A stretch of 64,000 nt of DNA from Octopus bimaculoides (GCF_001194135.2 NC_068998.1:39826422-39890421); one strand, 5' to 3'. Shown: positions 26,268 to 38,775, numbered from the stretch's first letter. Numbers and translations: made by a program. Notes: generated by a model from the letters alone, not told the origin.

Positions 26268-27138
26268 CTGAGGAGGAAAACAAAAACACAAAGATAAACA
26301 TATGTTTATTTGCTTTAATAGTGCAAGGGAGAAGTAGAGGGGGTCCCCAGTTTCTTTATCTTAATCCTCCTTCTCCTCTTCTTCCTCATTCCCCATACCA
26401 TCAACCCATCACTCTCCCAACTTTCATCCATTCATTCACTCTCTCAATAATCACCCCCACTCCCACCAGCCAATTGAATGTTTAAAATCATCAATCACTG
26501 TTTTTACTGTTCTTTAATCATTCTAGTGTGGGTTGGATAGATCTGTTTTGTAACATTTGAAATTTAAATATTTCCTTAGGCTTTAAAGGGCTGGTGTTGC
26601 TATTTAACTCAAGATCAAACCTTACTAAATATATTCCAGTGGTGATCATCCCACCCCTTTTAGGGCCATGGATTACTATCAAGCCATTCTCTCTGTTCAT
26701 GGATTTACCTAATGAATATGTTTTAATTGGATTTCTTCTCCCTTTCTGGACATAATGAACCACAATAATTACCATTGATGAGGAATATTCTTTCACCATT
26801 ACATATGTTTAACCTATCTCTCTCTGATGACACTTTACTCAGACTATGGAGTCCTTGTTCGATATGATGTTCCAATAGCTGGGATATTCTAGAACAAGCT
26901 GTTAGAGACTTTCTAAACCTTCTATTATGTAGCTAAATTAAATGTCCTTGTCAAGTCTTGCCAAACTGCTTGCCTTTTCTTTTTTGCTTTAATATATACC
27001 TACTGGCTCAAGGAGAAGCCACTTCTAGCTGTTTAGAATGGCAGTCACAAAATCACATTTACTGCAGATCAAACCAGAATTTAAGTGGCATACCAATTTG
27101 AGCATGTTTGTGTTGCCCTGATGAGAACTCCTTGTATC

Positions 27139-27198
<60 letters not shown>

Positions 27199-27575
27199 TC
27201 ATTGATAAGCACTTATCCAAGATGCTGTGCAAAGGGGCTGAACCCAAAACCACATGAATTTAGAGCAACCTTCTTAACCCATTACCTACCAGTGATCTCA
27301 TATGAGATCACTTAAAAATTACAAATTTTGTAATTATCTGTCAGGTTTCTCTGATATTCAAATGAGGTTTGCTAATTTTTCACCCAATATCTCGCTTATT
27401 TCTTTTTGAAATGTTATTTTGATCATTCCAGTGTGTTTCTAAGGCTGTTTTATGCTAGAAATCAAAGTTTCATAAAAAAAATTCCAGTTAATAGAATTAT
27501 GGGAGGTAATGGGTTAAGCAAGCAATAACTACAGCATATAAAATCAAATCAAATGTCTTCCAAAATTCCACTTAC

Positions 27576-27695
27576 CTTATCATTGGCCCAGGCTATGAGA
27601 AAAGATTTCCATTTAATGTTTCGGATTGGACCTTCTCCCTTATGTAAAACGTAGTTCTTGTAGCGACCAAGGAAATTCTTTTCTCCAAGAACAAG
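27576..27695 (-). CDS. VPS41: VPS41 coding exon, 120 nt, phase 0/0: LVLGEKNFLGRYKNYVLHKGEGPIRNIKWKSFLIAWANDK
   Basis: ttttcag| ... |gtaag; conserved LHxGEGxIRxxKW...LIAWAN motif. Confidence 0.96.
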
Positions 27696-27712
27696 CTGAA
27701 AAAATTAAAATA

Positions 27713-28240
27713 CTGTGGTGTGAAAGAAAGAAAGTGGTGAATTTAGTCAAATTAATGGTTCTTCATGAAGATACATGGATGCCACTCGGGCTTAAAAGAT
27801 TGACCATTATGTAAACTTCCTCAAGGAATGTGAAGACACAGGTTGGAAAGCGGAGCATTTTCCAATCAAAGTCAGATGTAGAGGATTTGTTGGACACAGT
27901 GTGAAGTGAGTGTTGTTATCGTTAGGCCTAACTCATCGTAAAGTAAATACCACCATGACCGATATTCAAACCACAGTGGAAAAAAGGCTAGTCACTGGAT
28001 TTGGTTAAAATGAGACGGTGAGTGATGACTAGAAGAATGTTGAGCTTTATTTGATAGCTAGTTGATCTAGCAAGTGGGGTCTCATATCGGTGAGGGGGCC
28101 GGTGCGCAATGATGCTGTCAAGAGGTAGGCTCCTAAACAGCACACATTCTCTCCTGATAACCCCATACACTTGCTGGCTTCCGGTATGCAAAGCTTTCAA
28201 ATGACAGCACTTGCTTGTGCAAGTTGTTTTCAAAACATCA
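27713..28240 (+). mobile_element. HERO-like non-LTR retrotransposon 3' fragment (restriction-like endonuclease domain relic plus 3' UTR)
   Basis: With two frameshifts and in-frame stops it reads KKVVNLVKLMVLHED/MDA...KIDHYVNFLKECEDTGWKAEHFPIKVRCRGFVGHSVK*VLLSLGL...EK/ASHWIWLK; this matches the ELTVP..E...K..KY...GW...PxEVGCRGF...ASxWIW pattern of RLE elements. Confidence 0.8.
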
Positions 28241-29732
28241 CACATACATGTATTATATATATATACATATAGGTGAGAAAGTTGGTATGTGAAAGCATGT
28301 GGTTGGATGTATAAAAGACAAAAAAACTACAGAAGGCTTGTATATATGGTTAAAGAATATACTTAAATAGTTATGTTAGAAAATTTTTGCGTATAGTAAC
28401 ATTGTTTTTGGAGAAATAACCGGTTTTGTATTTTCTTTTCAAATTTCTCAAATTTCTTTATCTATATTGTGTCATGTCTTCGCTACAGATGATTATATTC
28501 AATCTCCTATTTCATTCCAGTGCATTACTGGTACTTATCATCAAAAAGATGACAGGCCAAGTCATCCTGAGTGGGATTTGACTCAGAACATAGAGTGATA
28601 ACCAAATATCATAATACATTTTGTCTGATGTAAACGATATTCCTTAAAGCAGTCATTGAATGAGTGCAGCTGTAATAGATAGAGAAGCATGAAGGTACAG
28701 ATCTTGGTATCTGTTGTACTAGCAGACAACTGATAGCATGGGTCTTCTTGCTCAGAAACCATGAAACAGTTTGAGACTAGTAAAGCAAATTAGACACTCA
28801 TCTGCTATACAGTGTTCCTCATGCTGACAATCATGAACTTTGTTCTTGAATTGTACCTATTTACAGTTAAATAAACTCCACCAGTGAGAGTAATATATAT
28901 TTTCCAGGGACAGAGAAACATTGCAAATGGCCTGATAATCTATGACCCTCAAAATTAATTGCTTACACTTGCATTTTACATTTACAAAAAATGGGACCTG
29001 ATTGTGAATAGTGCCTCTGTGAGTCAGTACAGTGGCTTATTTGTGCATGGGAAATATGTTTTATAGGGGTTTTTTTTCATTGCTTTTTAGTCAGAAGTAA
29101 AGGCAATGTCTATGACTCTTTGTGAGAGAGAAGGAGGAATGTATCCACAAACCAGAGACATGGTCCAAACGCTCGCTACAGAGTGGAGTCTGCTGAGGGC
29201 AGCGAAGGTGCCAAATAGTGGTGTTAAACTGAGTGATGGATTAAGTAGACTACAGTGGGATTTGAATTCAGAATACAAAAAGCCAGAACACCACAAGGCA
29301 TTTGGTCTGATTCTCTGGCTGTTCTGCCATCCACCACCTGGGATAGGTACCTTTTTTTTATTGACTCTGAAGGGATGAAAAACAAAGATGACCAGAATTT
29401 GAACAAATACTACAAGGCATTGATCCCAGCCCTCTAACATCTGTTAATTTGTAACTTTACAAGTTACAGACTACAAGTTACTCAATCAAAACGTGTAGCT
29501 ACAATGTTTGATCAACACCAATTGTAGTTAAGGTACCTAAAATACACTGATCTAACTATTCAGAGTTGTACAGTTGTTATATTAGTTTGGGGTATTTTGA
29601 GAACAATTTACTACTTCCTTAATCTCTGTTAACCCTTTTTACTTGAGTGGCCAGTTTTGGCACTGCTATTGCTCTGTGACAAAAACTTGAGCAACCAATG
29701 TTAGACCACTATTGCTCTGTGGCTGAAATTTG

Positions 29733-29772
<40 letters not shown>

Positions 29773-29784
29773 NNNNNNNNNNTG

Positions 29785-29826
<42 letters not shown>

Positions 29827-32539
29827 CATGTACTTTCCAACACTAAAATACAACACTTCTTTACCTTTAAATACATCACCCATCGACATGACAGACTTAT
29901 TTCCCAGCAGCAATCTCTTCTGCACACAGCAGCCAATACCTTTACTTCTCAGTTACTTTCTCAACCTAGAAATCAGCTATTCTTCTAAGTTTATGTTTTA
30001 TGTCCAATTTGCCAGCTTAGCTTGTTCTTCTCTACTCACTGACCATGTTTCACAGTGTTATGTACATGCATCATACTTAATAAACACTACAAATATAGTC
30101 CTTGATATTCACTATCCATATTTTTACTACCATATACACATCTTACATATTAGAACACAACTTATACAGTCCTATCCCTACATTCAATGAGCGTAGATCA
30201 CTAACTTTAGAAACTTCTTGTATATTCTTTTAAATGCACCATTCCAGTTTCATAACTATACAGTAATATCAGATATTTGACACACACACATCCTTCATAC
30301 TTCTCAACATTCACTGTCACACAAGAAATATAAAACTTCTAAAACACACATGCACACACAGATTTTAGTTCTCTTCATTCATTGCACACACTCCATCACA
30401 TCACAATGTCCCATTTCTTACACATATACACACACTTTATATAGTAATCTATTATACACTGTTTTACATCAGACTCTTTATACATACCTCATACAGTTTG
30501 TTCATTAGAGAGAGAGAGAGAGAGAGAGTGGGGGAGGAGAAAAAAGGAGAAAGAAGGAATGTATGTAAGTATATATGTATATATATANNNNNNNNNNNNN
30601 NNNNNNNNNNNNNNNNNNNNNNNNNNNNNNNNNNNNNNNNNNNNNNNNNNNNNNNNNNNNNNNNNNNNNNNNNNNNNNNNNNNNNNNNNNNNNNNNNNNN
30701 NNNNNNNNNNNNNNNNNNNNNNNNNNNNNNNNNNNNNNNNNNNNNNNNNNNNNNNNNNATATATATATATCTATGAGAGAGAGAGAGATCCAAGAATGAA
30801 AAAGCTATATAGAAAAAGCATCCCTTGAGAAAAAAAGAAAATACACCAGGAACTGACAATTTCTCAAGAAAATGTAAGAAAAGAAAAGGAAAGAAAAATT
30901 CCGTTACAGATTACTGCAAATAGATTCAACTCGGAGAATACAGAAGACATGAGGAGTGGGAGGTGGGTGGAAGGGGAGGAAGGGAGTAGTGAGAGAGGGA
31001 GAATAAATTTATAAAAAAATAAAGAATGGAAAGACGTGGGGGAGTAAAAAAAAAAGAATACAAAAGAAAAAAAACCCTCCCCAAACAAATGCACTAGGAT
31101 GTTGCATGTTGTTGGAATGCTAAGTGTTGTCTAGCTTGTTTCACTGTTGCAGTCAGGAGTGTACAATGCAGTGTTGTAATAATACAGAAGCCAATGGAAG
31201 GTATTCGATAGTTAGTGCTAACTTTACAATTTTTGTTGATGGTAAGCTGAACAGAAACAATCTGACTGCTATCGATTTTAAAATGACTAAGTATTCAAAT
31301 AAAACAGCAGCTAACTAAACCGACACTAACCACCTCCACTACCAGCCACGCTACCACTGTTATACTGGTACCAGCACAATAACCATTTCTATCTATCATC
31401 ACTGACACCACTACCACCACCACCATCATCACTACTACAATAAACATCACCAACATCAATACCACCACCACCACCACAAGTACAGTAACTGTCTCTACCA
31501 GTGCCAACACCACAACCACCCTTACCTCTACTATCATTACCAACCACTGCTGGTACCAATAACTATTTCTACTACCAGTTCAATAACTATCACCAGCAAC
31601 TTAGCCACTACCGAAGACCACCAACATGATAAACTGTAACACGTGCCATCACCATCACCACTACAACCACCACTACCACCACCACAATAACTACCTGTAA
31701 TCATCAGCACCATCATTCACTGTAGTAACTCAGTGTCATTCCCACACCATCTACAGCACTATCACACCAGCCACCATCGTCACCACTGCCACCTCCTCGG
31801 CCACCACCACCACCACTTCTGTTGCTGCTGCAGCAGTCACCACTACCAACAATGCCACCACCGTCTATTACATCAACTTTCTCGAGCCAACGATGGAGGT
31901 CCTATGTGGTCACTACAGCCGCTAGAAAGAGAAGTACAATTCCTTCAAGTCAAACCCTACCATTCTTGAAAAAAAAGAAAAAAAAAATACACAGGAGGAC
32001 ACATTGGACAGTATAGTCAATGTATATATAAAAGCACAGGATAGTCATAAATAGAATTTCTTTGACCACAGTTTTGCCCAAAGAGGGCTGACCCTGGGCC
32101 GAACAGCAACAGTAACAACAACTTTCTGTGTTCCCATTATCACAACAACCATAACTAACCACTGTTCCCACACCATCACAAGATTAACACTACCTCTATC
32201 ATCATCACAACAACACAACTGCTGCCGCCGCCACCACCACCACCAGTACCGCAGCCAATACCATCACTGATACCATCAACATGAACACCATCACCTTTAC
32301 TATTACCGCAACCACTGCTACCACAACGAGATTAGCAGCAGCAGCTAAGAAATCTGATTGGCTGATAGGCTGAAGTTCCCCCCAGCAACTGAGCAAGGAG
32401 GGGTGCGTGAGATGGTGGACTATAAAGAAATACTGAATAGATTTATGGGGTGAGAGAGAGAGAGAGAAAGGAAGAAAGGAAGAGAACAGGTGTGTGTGTG
32501 TGAGTGAGAGAGAAAGAGAGAGCTAAGAGGAAGATACAG

Positions 32540-32580
<41 letters not shown>

Positions 32581-33886
32581 ATAGAGAGAAAGAGTGAGAG
32601 AAAAGAAAGGAGGGAATAGAGAATGAAATATGTCCAAGTGTGTGTGTTAAAGAGAGTAAGAAAAAAGGGTGAAAAAGAGGGTGTAAGATACATAGAGAGA
32701 GAGAGTGGAATACAGCATGAATGAATGAGAGAGAGTGAGATACAATGTGAATGAATGAGTGAATGAGAGAGTGATAGAAAAAGAGAGAGAAAGGGTATGT
32801 GTGTGATAGTGAGTGAAAATAGAACTGCTGCCATCAATACCAATACTGACAACAACAACAGCCATCACCATCAACACATCGACCACCAGTACCAGAACCA
32901 CCACCAAACAGACATCCCCCACCATCAGCACTAACATCAACACATTACCACTGCCTTACCGCCTCCCACCCCCACTGGCCACACAGCAGCTGGTCATCAG
33001 GTAGGCAATATTGATTTAGTTCTTCAGGCCTGAAAACAAACATACATCCCAACTCCATCCCTACCTTCTGCATCTCTTATTTCCCATTCTCACTACAGAC
33101 ACACACATACACACAGACAGACAGACAGACACACACACACACACACAACCACCACCACCACCACCACCACCACCACCAGATAAATGTATGATGGTAGAAG
33201 TAGTTTTGTAAATGATGGGGGAGTTGAAGGTAAGGTTATTGTTTGGCCCCAGGACTACCCCAACTGAGCAAACCTATGATCACTGGCCTTCCAGCCATGA
33301 CCATCATTTTATATTTATATATATATATATATATAAAATGATGGTCATGGCTGGAAAGCCAGTGATACNNNNNNNNNNNNNNNNNNNNNNNNNNNNNNNN
33401 NNNNNNNNNNNNNNNNNNNNNNNNNNNNNNNNNNNNNNNNNNNNNNNNNNNNNNNNNNNNNNNNNNNNNNNNNNNNNNNNNNNNNNNNNNNNNNNNNNNN
33501 NNNNNNNNNNNNNNNNNNNNNNNNNNNNNNNNNNNNNNNNNNNNNNNNNNNNNNNNNNNNNNNNNNNNNNNNNNNNNNNNNNNNNNNNNNNNNNNNNNNN
33601 NNNNNNNNNNNNNNNNNNNNNNNNNNNNNNNNNNNNNNNNNNNNNNNNNNNNNNNNNNATAGCCTCGGGCCGACCAAAGCCTTGTGAGTGGATTTGGTAG
33701 ACGGAAACTGAAAGAAGCCTGTTGTATATATATATATAAATATGTGTGTGTTTGTGTGTCTGTTTGTTCCCCCTGCCATCGCTTGACAACCGATGGTGGA
33801 GTGTTTACGTCCCCGTAACTTAGCGGTACGGCAAAAAGAGACCGATAGAATAAGTACTAGGCTTACAAAGAATAAGTCCTGGGGTC

Positions 33887-34588
33887 GTGCTTGGAAGAAA
33901 GGTGTGTAGCGTGCGATCATCATATTGACCATAAGAGATAAAGTTGTAGAAAGTGTATGGAGAGGAGTGTATGAGCTGCACACAAGTGTACGAATGGTTC
34001 AGACGTTTCCAAGATAGCCGAAAAAATGTTGATGTTGGCAAATGTTCTAGGAGACCTGCAACCAGCAAAACTGAGAAAAGCATCGCAGATGTGCATGCAG
34101 CTGTGAGGGGAAATCATCGAATCATCGTCCCTGAGTTATCAAAAGATGTGCAGGTTAGTTACGGTTCAGTTCAGTCCATTATCACTGAAAATCTGGGTAT
34201 GAGATGCATGTCTGCCAAGTTTGTGCCAAAACTGCTTTCAGCTGACCAAGAAGACACCCGGGTTTCAGTTGCAGAAGCTCTTGATTGTGCTGACAATGAT
34301 GAAAACTTTTTGAAAATCTGCTTAGGCCTCTGAGCAGGTATCGCCAAGCTTTTGGCAAAATTTGATGTAGATTCTCTGCTCAACTTTATCTGTCATGGTC
34401 AATATGACAATCACATGTGGCACACGTTCCTTCCAAGCTCTGCTGTAAACAGTGGAAGTGAGCTAGAATGTTAACACTCAGTGCACATGCACAACAAAGT
34501 TCAAGGTCAATCTGTGCCAAGCGGCTTCACTCTGCATGCTTTAGCTTCGTTATAATAACAACAGTTCGGGTACTTATTGATTAGATCA
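33887..34588. mobile_element. Mariner relic made of two convergent 5' halves
   Basis: Plus-strand ORF 33953-34333 is the mariner N-terminal HTH region (VYEWFRRF...FVPKLLS); the minus strand from TA 34589-34590 gives TIR, leader and MTDKVEQRIYIKFCQKLGDTCSEA. Confidence 0.85.
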
Positions 34589-34615
34589 TACACACACATA
34601 TAAAAGAAGCCCGTC

Positions 34616-34665
<50 letters not shown>

Positions 34666-36208
34666 GACAGGCTTCTTTTCAGTTTCCATCTACCAAATCC
34701 ACTCACAGGGCTTTGGTCAATCTGAGGCTATAACAGAAGACACTTACCCAAGGTGTGATGCAGTGGGACTGAACCTAGAACCATGAGGTTGGGAAGCACA
34801 TTATTAAATTTCAGTTTAAAAAAAAAAATTAATTAAGTATTAGCAGGATCCAATTGAATCGAAATAGTAAACCTCAACCCATTTGTGTTCTTATATATAT
34901 ATTTATTATCTAAGGCTGCATTGTTCAATGTTTTCTTTGAACTTAAGATAGTAAGTGTGAGCTAAGGAAATTTGGTTGCTTTTCCTAGCAGCTCAAGAGG
35001 TCACACAGAGGTTTCCTTGTGCTGGTGGTAGTGGTTACATTAAAGATTGTGTTGGTTGTAATGCTAGGATAGTCACTCTGCTCAAACAGACTTATGATCA
35101 AAGATTAAAGGTGTTCCAGTTGGGATCATCTCGTCTTATTTTCAGACACAGTTCTATCAAGGACTAGTTTATCCCAAAGTGCCATTCCTATTTTAAATAC
35201 AGTAGGGTGTCATTTGAAGGCAGATTTGGCAGCTATTTCTAGTAAATTGAGTAATCATATAGAGGTTGACTTGAGGGCAAAATATTTGGCTGCTATTTCT
35301 AGGCATATTGTAGGCAGTGTTACTGATGCTATTAGAGACTGTGAAGTGGATTGCATAAATGAAGGAGTCAAACGTACTGTTATTTCTTGTGTTAGAAGTA
35401 CAGTTACAACAGGTGGTGGTAGTGGTGCTGTTATTCTTAGTTGTAGTGTTGTTGTAAGAGTTCTCATTGAGGTACACCTGTCTTAATTAGCAAGTATGAT
35501 ATGCTAGAGGAAATTTTATGTCCCTTCACACCTGTGTCTGATAGGGGGGAAGGGTTGGCAGAGAAAAGACCACTGCCCTCCGACCTCCAGCTCCTCATCT
35601 CCTCCTTGCTATGTTTCCCAACAGTGGTGGTAGTGTTGTTGTTGTTGATAGTGCTGTTGCTGATGTTGTTAGTGGTAGTGTTGCTGTTGATGTCAGTAGT
35701 ACTGTTTCTGTTGTTGCCAGTACTACTGCTTCTGTCTTGCTGTTGATAATAATGCTGCTGTTGATGTTGTTAGAGCTAGTGTTGTTGTTTTTGTTGTTAT
35801 TACTACAGCTGCTGTTGATGATAGTGCTGCTGCTGCTGCTGTTGTTGTTGTTGTTGGGGCTGCTGCCATTGTTATTGTCTACAATGCTGTCATTGTAGGT
35901 ATAATAGTTCATATTAGTGATGGTGGTGGTAGTAGTAGTAGTAGTAGTAGCAGTAGTAGTAGCAGCAGTAGTAGTAATAACAGTACTAGTTCTGGACAAG
36001 AACCAAGGAGATGCAAACTGAACAGGGCAGGGAAGTGGTAGACCATACAGTGCACAAAGGAACACTGAAAGGGACAAATGATGTAGACAGTGAAAGGGGA
36101 CAAAAGTAGAAAGAGAACAGACAGACAGACAGAAGACGGATGCTGATAGGATTAGATGAAGGACAGAAGAGGATTTGAATAGACTAAGTCCAAAATGGTC
36201 AGTCTTAC

Positions 36209-36343
36209 CTTATCATCACCACTAATGTAGTGTTTGCCACTTCCTGGCTTTGAAAACTGGGGATCAAGAGCAATTGCTTTGATTGGTCGGTCAAAATTCT
36301 TTGATTGGTCATTTTCACTTGAATATAAACCAGTGATAATGAT
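36209..36343 (-). CDS. VPS41: VPS41 coding exon, 135 nt, phase 0/0: IIITGLYSSENDQSKNFDRPIKAIALDPQFSKPGSGKHYISGDDK
   Basis: Acceptor ttgcag| and donor |gtaag; matches the VPS41 WD40 segment GLYS...FDxPIKxIAxxP. Confidence 0.95.
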
Positions 36344-36830
36344 CTGCAAAAAATATAAAGAATTAAGAGATATAAGTACAGAAAGTCAGGTTCTGTGGTT
36401 ATAGTTTTACACAAACATTTCACCATTTAATATACTATAGAAATTGTCTAAACTTCATTCTAAAGAAAATTGTTTCTGATACTGGTTCACAAAACTCTGT
36501 ATGTCTGTTTCAGATATCTAGAATACTTTAAATATGTACAAGTAGGTCTTAGAACTAAGCTTAATTCTTTGAACCCTGAACCCCTTCCAAGTGTGTATGC
36601 AAATAACAGTGGTAAACAGAAGTACATGAGAATGGAATGGTGAGCTGATAGGATACAGACAAAAATCACAGGTAACACAAATTCTAGGTTGGTGGATTCA
36701 AAGGGTTAGGAAAATCTGTTAAAACAGTTTATCTTCTGACAAAAGTTAGACCAACCTGTCAGACTAAGATGAAATTAGAAAAAATAGATTGACCACAAGA
36801 AGCAATTAAACCAAACTAAGAACATCAGTT

Positions 36831-37120
36831 AGACAAGGCTGACCACAGATAGCTGTAGGTGCAGTGTGTAGAGAAAGCTGTCTACAGATAGTAGTAAGAG
36901 TAGTCTGCAGGCAAGATTGACCACAGACAGCAGTAGGAGCAGTCTGTAGATAAGACTTACCACAAAGAGCAGTCTGTAGATAAGGCTGACCACAGACAGC
37001 AGTAAGAACAGTCTGTAGACAAGGCTGACCACAGATAGCAGTCTGTAGACAAGGCTAACAGCAGGAGTAGTCTTTAGACAAGACTGACCACAGATAGCAG
37101 TAGGACCAGTCTGATCATCA
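36831..37120. repeat. Minisatellite of 39/30-bp units (agacaaggctgaccacagatagcagt[aggagcagt]ctgt)
   Basis: Unit starts at 36831, 36870, 36909, 36948, 36978, 37017, 37047 and 37076. Confidence 0.85.
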
Positions 37121-37855
37121 CAAACAGCAGTTAAACTAAGCTGACTGCAGGCAATAATCACAATAGAATGATCATAGGTAACAGTCAAGACATGATACTG
37201 CCGTTCAAATATTAGTTTAGGCATTGTAGATAGAATGCTTTGTGGTCTTCGTTCTGGTTCTGAGTTCATATCTTACTGAACTCAGCTTCACTTTTGATCT
37301 TTTGTGGGATTGATAAAATACTAGTTGAGAGAAGACGGAATTGTTGGATGAGATATATTGCGGCATTTGTTCCAGTTCTTTGCATTTTGAGTCCTTGGGT
37401 GGTAGACATAACCCACTTCTTGGTCTGTGAGTGTCATTGTCGAAGAAATAATATCACAGATATTGCCCTTCTAGCACAGAATATTTAAATATAATTTAAT
37501 TATAATAATTAACCACTTTTAAACATTACACCTTGAAATATTCAACTAATTAGCAGTAATCAGCAGTAACTTCCAATCACACCTCAGACCAAAATAACTG
37601 CTGCCACCATCTCTATAGAGACTACCCTCAACATCACCTCCATGGCTACTGCTGCTCTTGCTATAATCCAGTGTTGTACAAAGACTCTCTCTCCTTTTCC
37701 ACTATTCATAACCACCCAGCAACACTACTGGCTGTAGTTACCAAGACAAAGACTGTTTCATGTGGATTAATACAGTACTGAAAGGATGCTAATCATTGAA
37801 TGATGGTGACTGGTGGTGGAGGTGAAAGAGAGGTGCTGGAAAGTGAATGTGCGTG

Positions 37856-37921
<66 letters not shown>

Positions 37922-38534
37922 GGGGATCTCTAAATTTAGACATCAATATGTTCAACTTTTGAGGACTTTGGAATACTTTGATCTCACTGAAAGTTCTATC
38001 TTGGTTGCAAAATTAAGAGAAACTAATTCATTGAGACTGCAAGCATTTTAGATTGTTGAGGTTAGAGAGTTAGAAATCTTTTGTGGAAACAATGATGACA
38101 ACTGTTACTACATTATAATCAATGACAAAGCTGCCACCACCACCACCACCACCTTGAGCCATTAGCAGACGTTTTTTAGCTTTAGTTCTATATCAAGCAG
38201 ATATCAAGTTAAATTGTTGTTGCCCATTGCATTAAATATGTTAACATTAACATTTATACATTATTTACTTCCTCATCTCTTAAATATAGAACTGTATTAA
38301 CATTTATGTTTTCAAATGGATGACATCTAGGAGTAATTCAATACTTAAATAATTTTATTTTTCTATACCAACCAGTGTTCAATCATGAACATTTATTTAG
38401 TGATTCTCCCCCAGTTATAGGATTTACTAATGAGGTCATAAGAAGACTGAAACAGCTGAAAGAATCAAAGCAATGTTAGTCATTCACTAAGTGGGAGTAG
38501 CAGAAAAGAAACACCTTACAATATTTTGAATTAA

Positions 38535-38775
38535 CCCTTTCACTGTGAAATTAAATTTCATGGTTATTCTGGTAATGATGTTAAATATCTACCAAGAAAT
38601 AGAACTGGTATTTTCTGCAAGTACCATTACCTCAATAAACTTGACCTAATCTCAACAAAAATAGTTTGAAACATGACATTCTTCAACAAAATATAGATTC
38701 CTATATAAAATTGCTATCAATAGTTAAAGGTAATGAAATTTTGAGTGGCTATATCTGACTTGTACAGTTAAAGGG
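38535..38775. mobile_element. piggyBac-type MITE
   Basis: TTAA flanks at 38531-38534 and 38776-38779; 12-bp TIR ccctttcactgt / acagttaaaggg (1 mismatch). Confidence 0.8.

Larger units (their letters stand above)
994..36343 (-). other. VPS41: VPS41 gene body (partial): 18 internal coding exons, 652 codons; 5' and 3' exons not found in the window
   Basis: Spliced translation is open throughout with GT-AG junctions and matching phases. It is colinear with human VPS41 as I recall it (e.g. LHKGEGPIRNIKW, RPDLYQCNLCWKD, SPKDVVVAKLRDQDDHITWLLE, YAEYDREKLLPLLKNSTHCPL, FITGLLQNIGTHVDPI, LRDSLVKILQDY). Confidence 0.97.

Noticed and set aside
26518-26799. 93-aa minus-strand ORF, plus similar non-repetitive open stretches at 4123-4410, 47380-47600 and 48028-48252
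   Set aside because: No recognisable domain or splice pattern; probably ancient TE debris or chance ORFs. A tBLASTn search would be needed to revive them.
35214-35486. 90-aa plus-strand ORF MKADLAAISSKLSNH...
   Set aside because: It is built from two copies of the common repeat motif gatttggc.gctatttctag and runs into low-complexity sequence.
37190-37225. PKLIFERQ resembles the VPS41 N-terminal PKLKYERL motif
   Set aside because: The similarity stops after 7 residues, no DAASC/HxKFLALG follows, and there are no fitting splice sites; treated as chance.
37260-37285. 9-bp stem hairpin ctgagttca-tatcttac-tgaactcag
   Set aside because: A stem this short is expected by chance in 64 kb, and nothing else supports a function.
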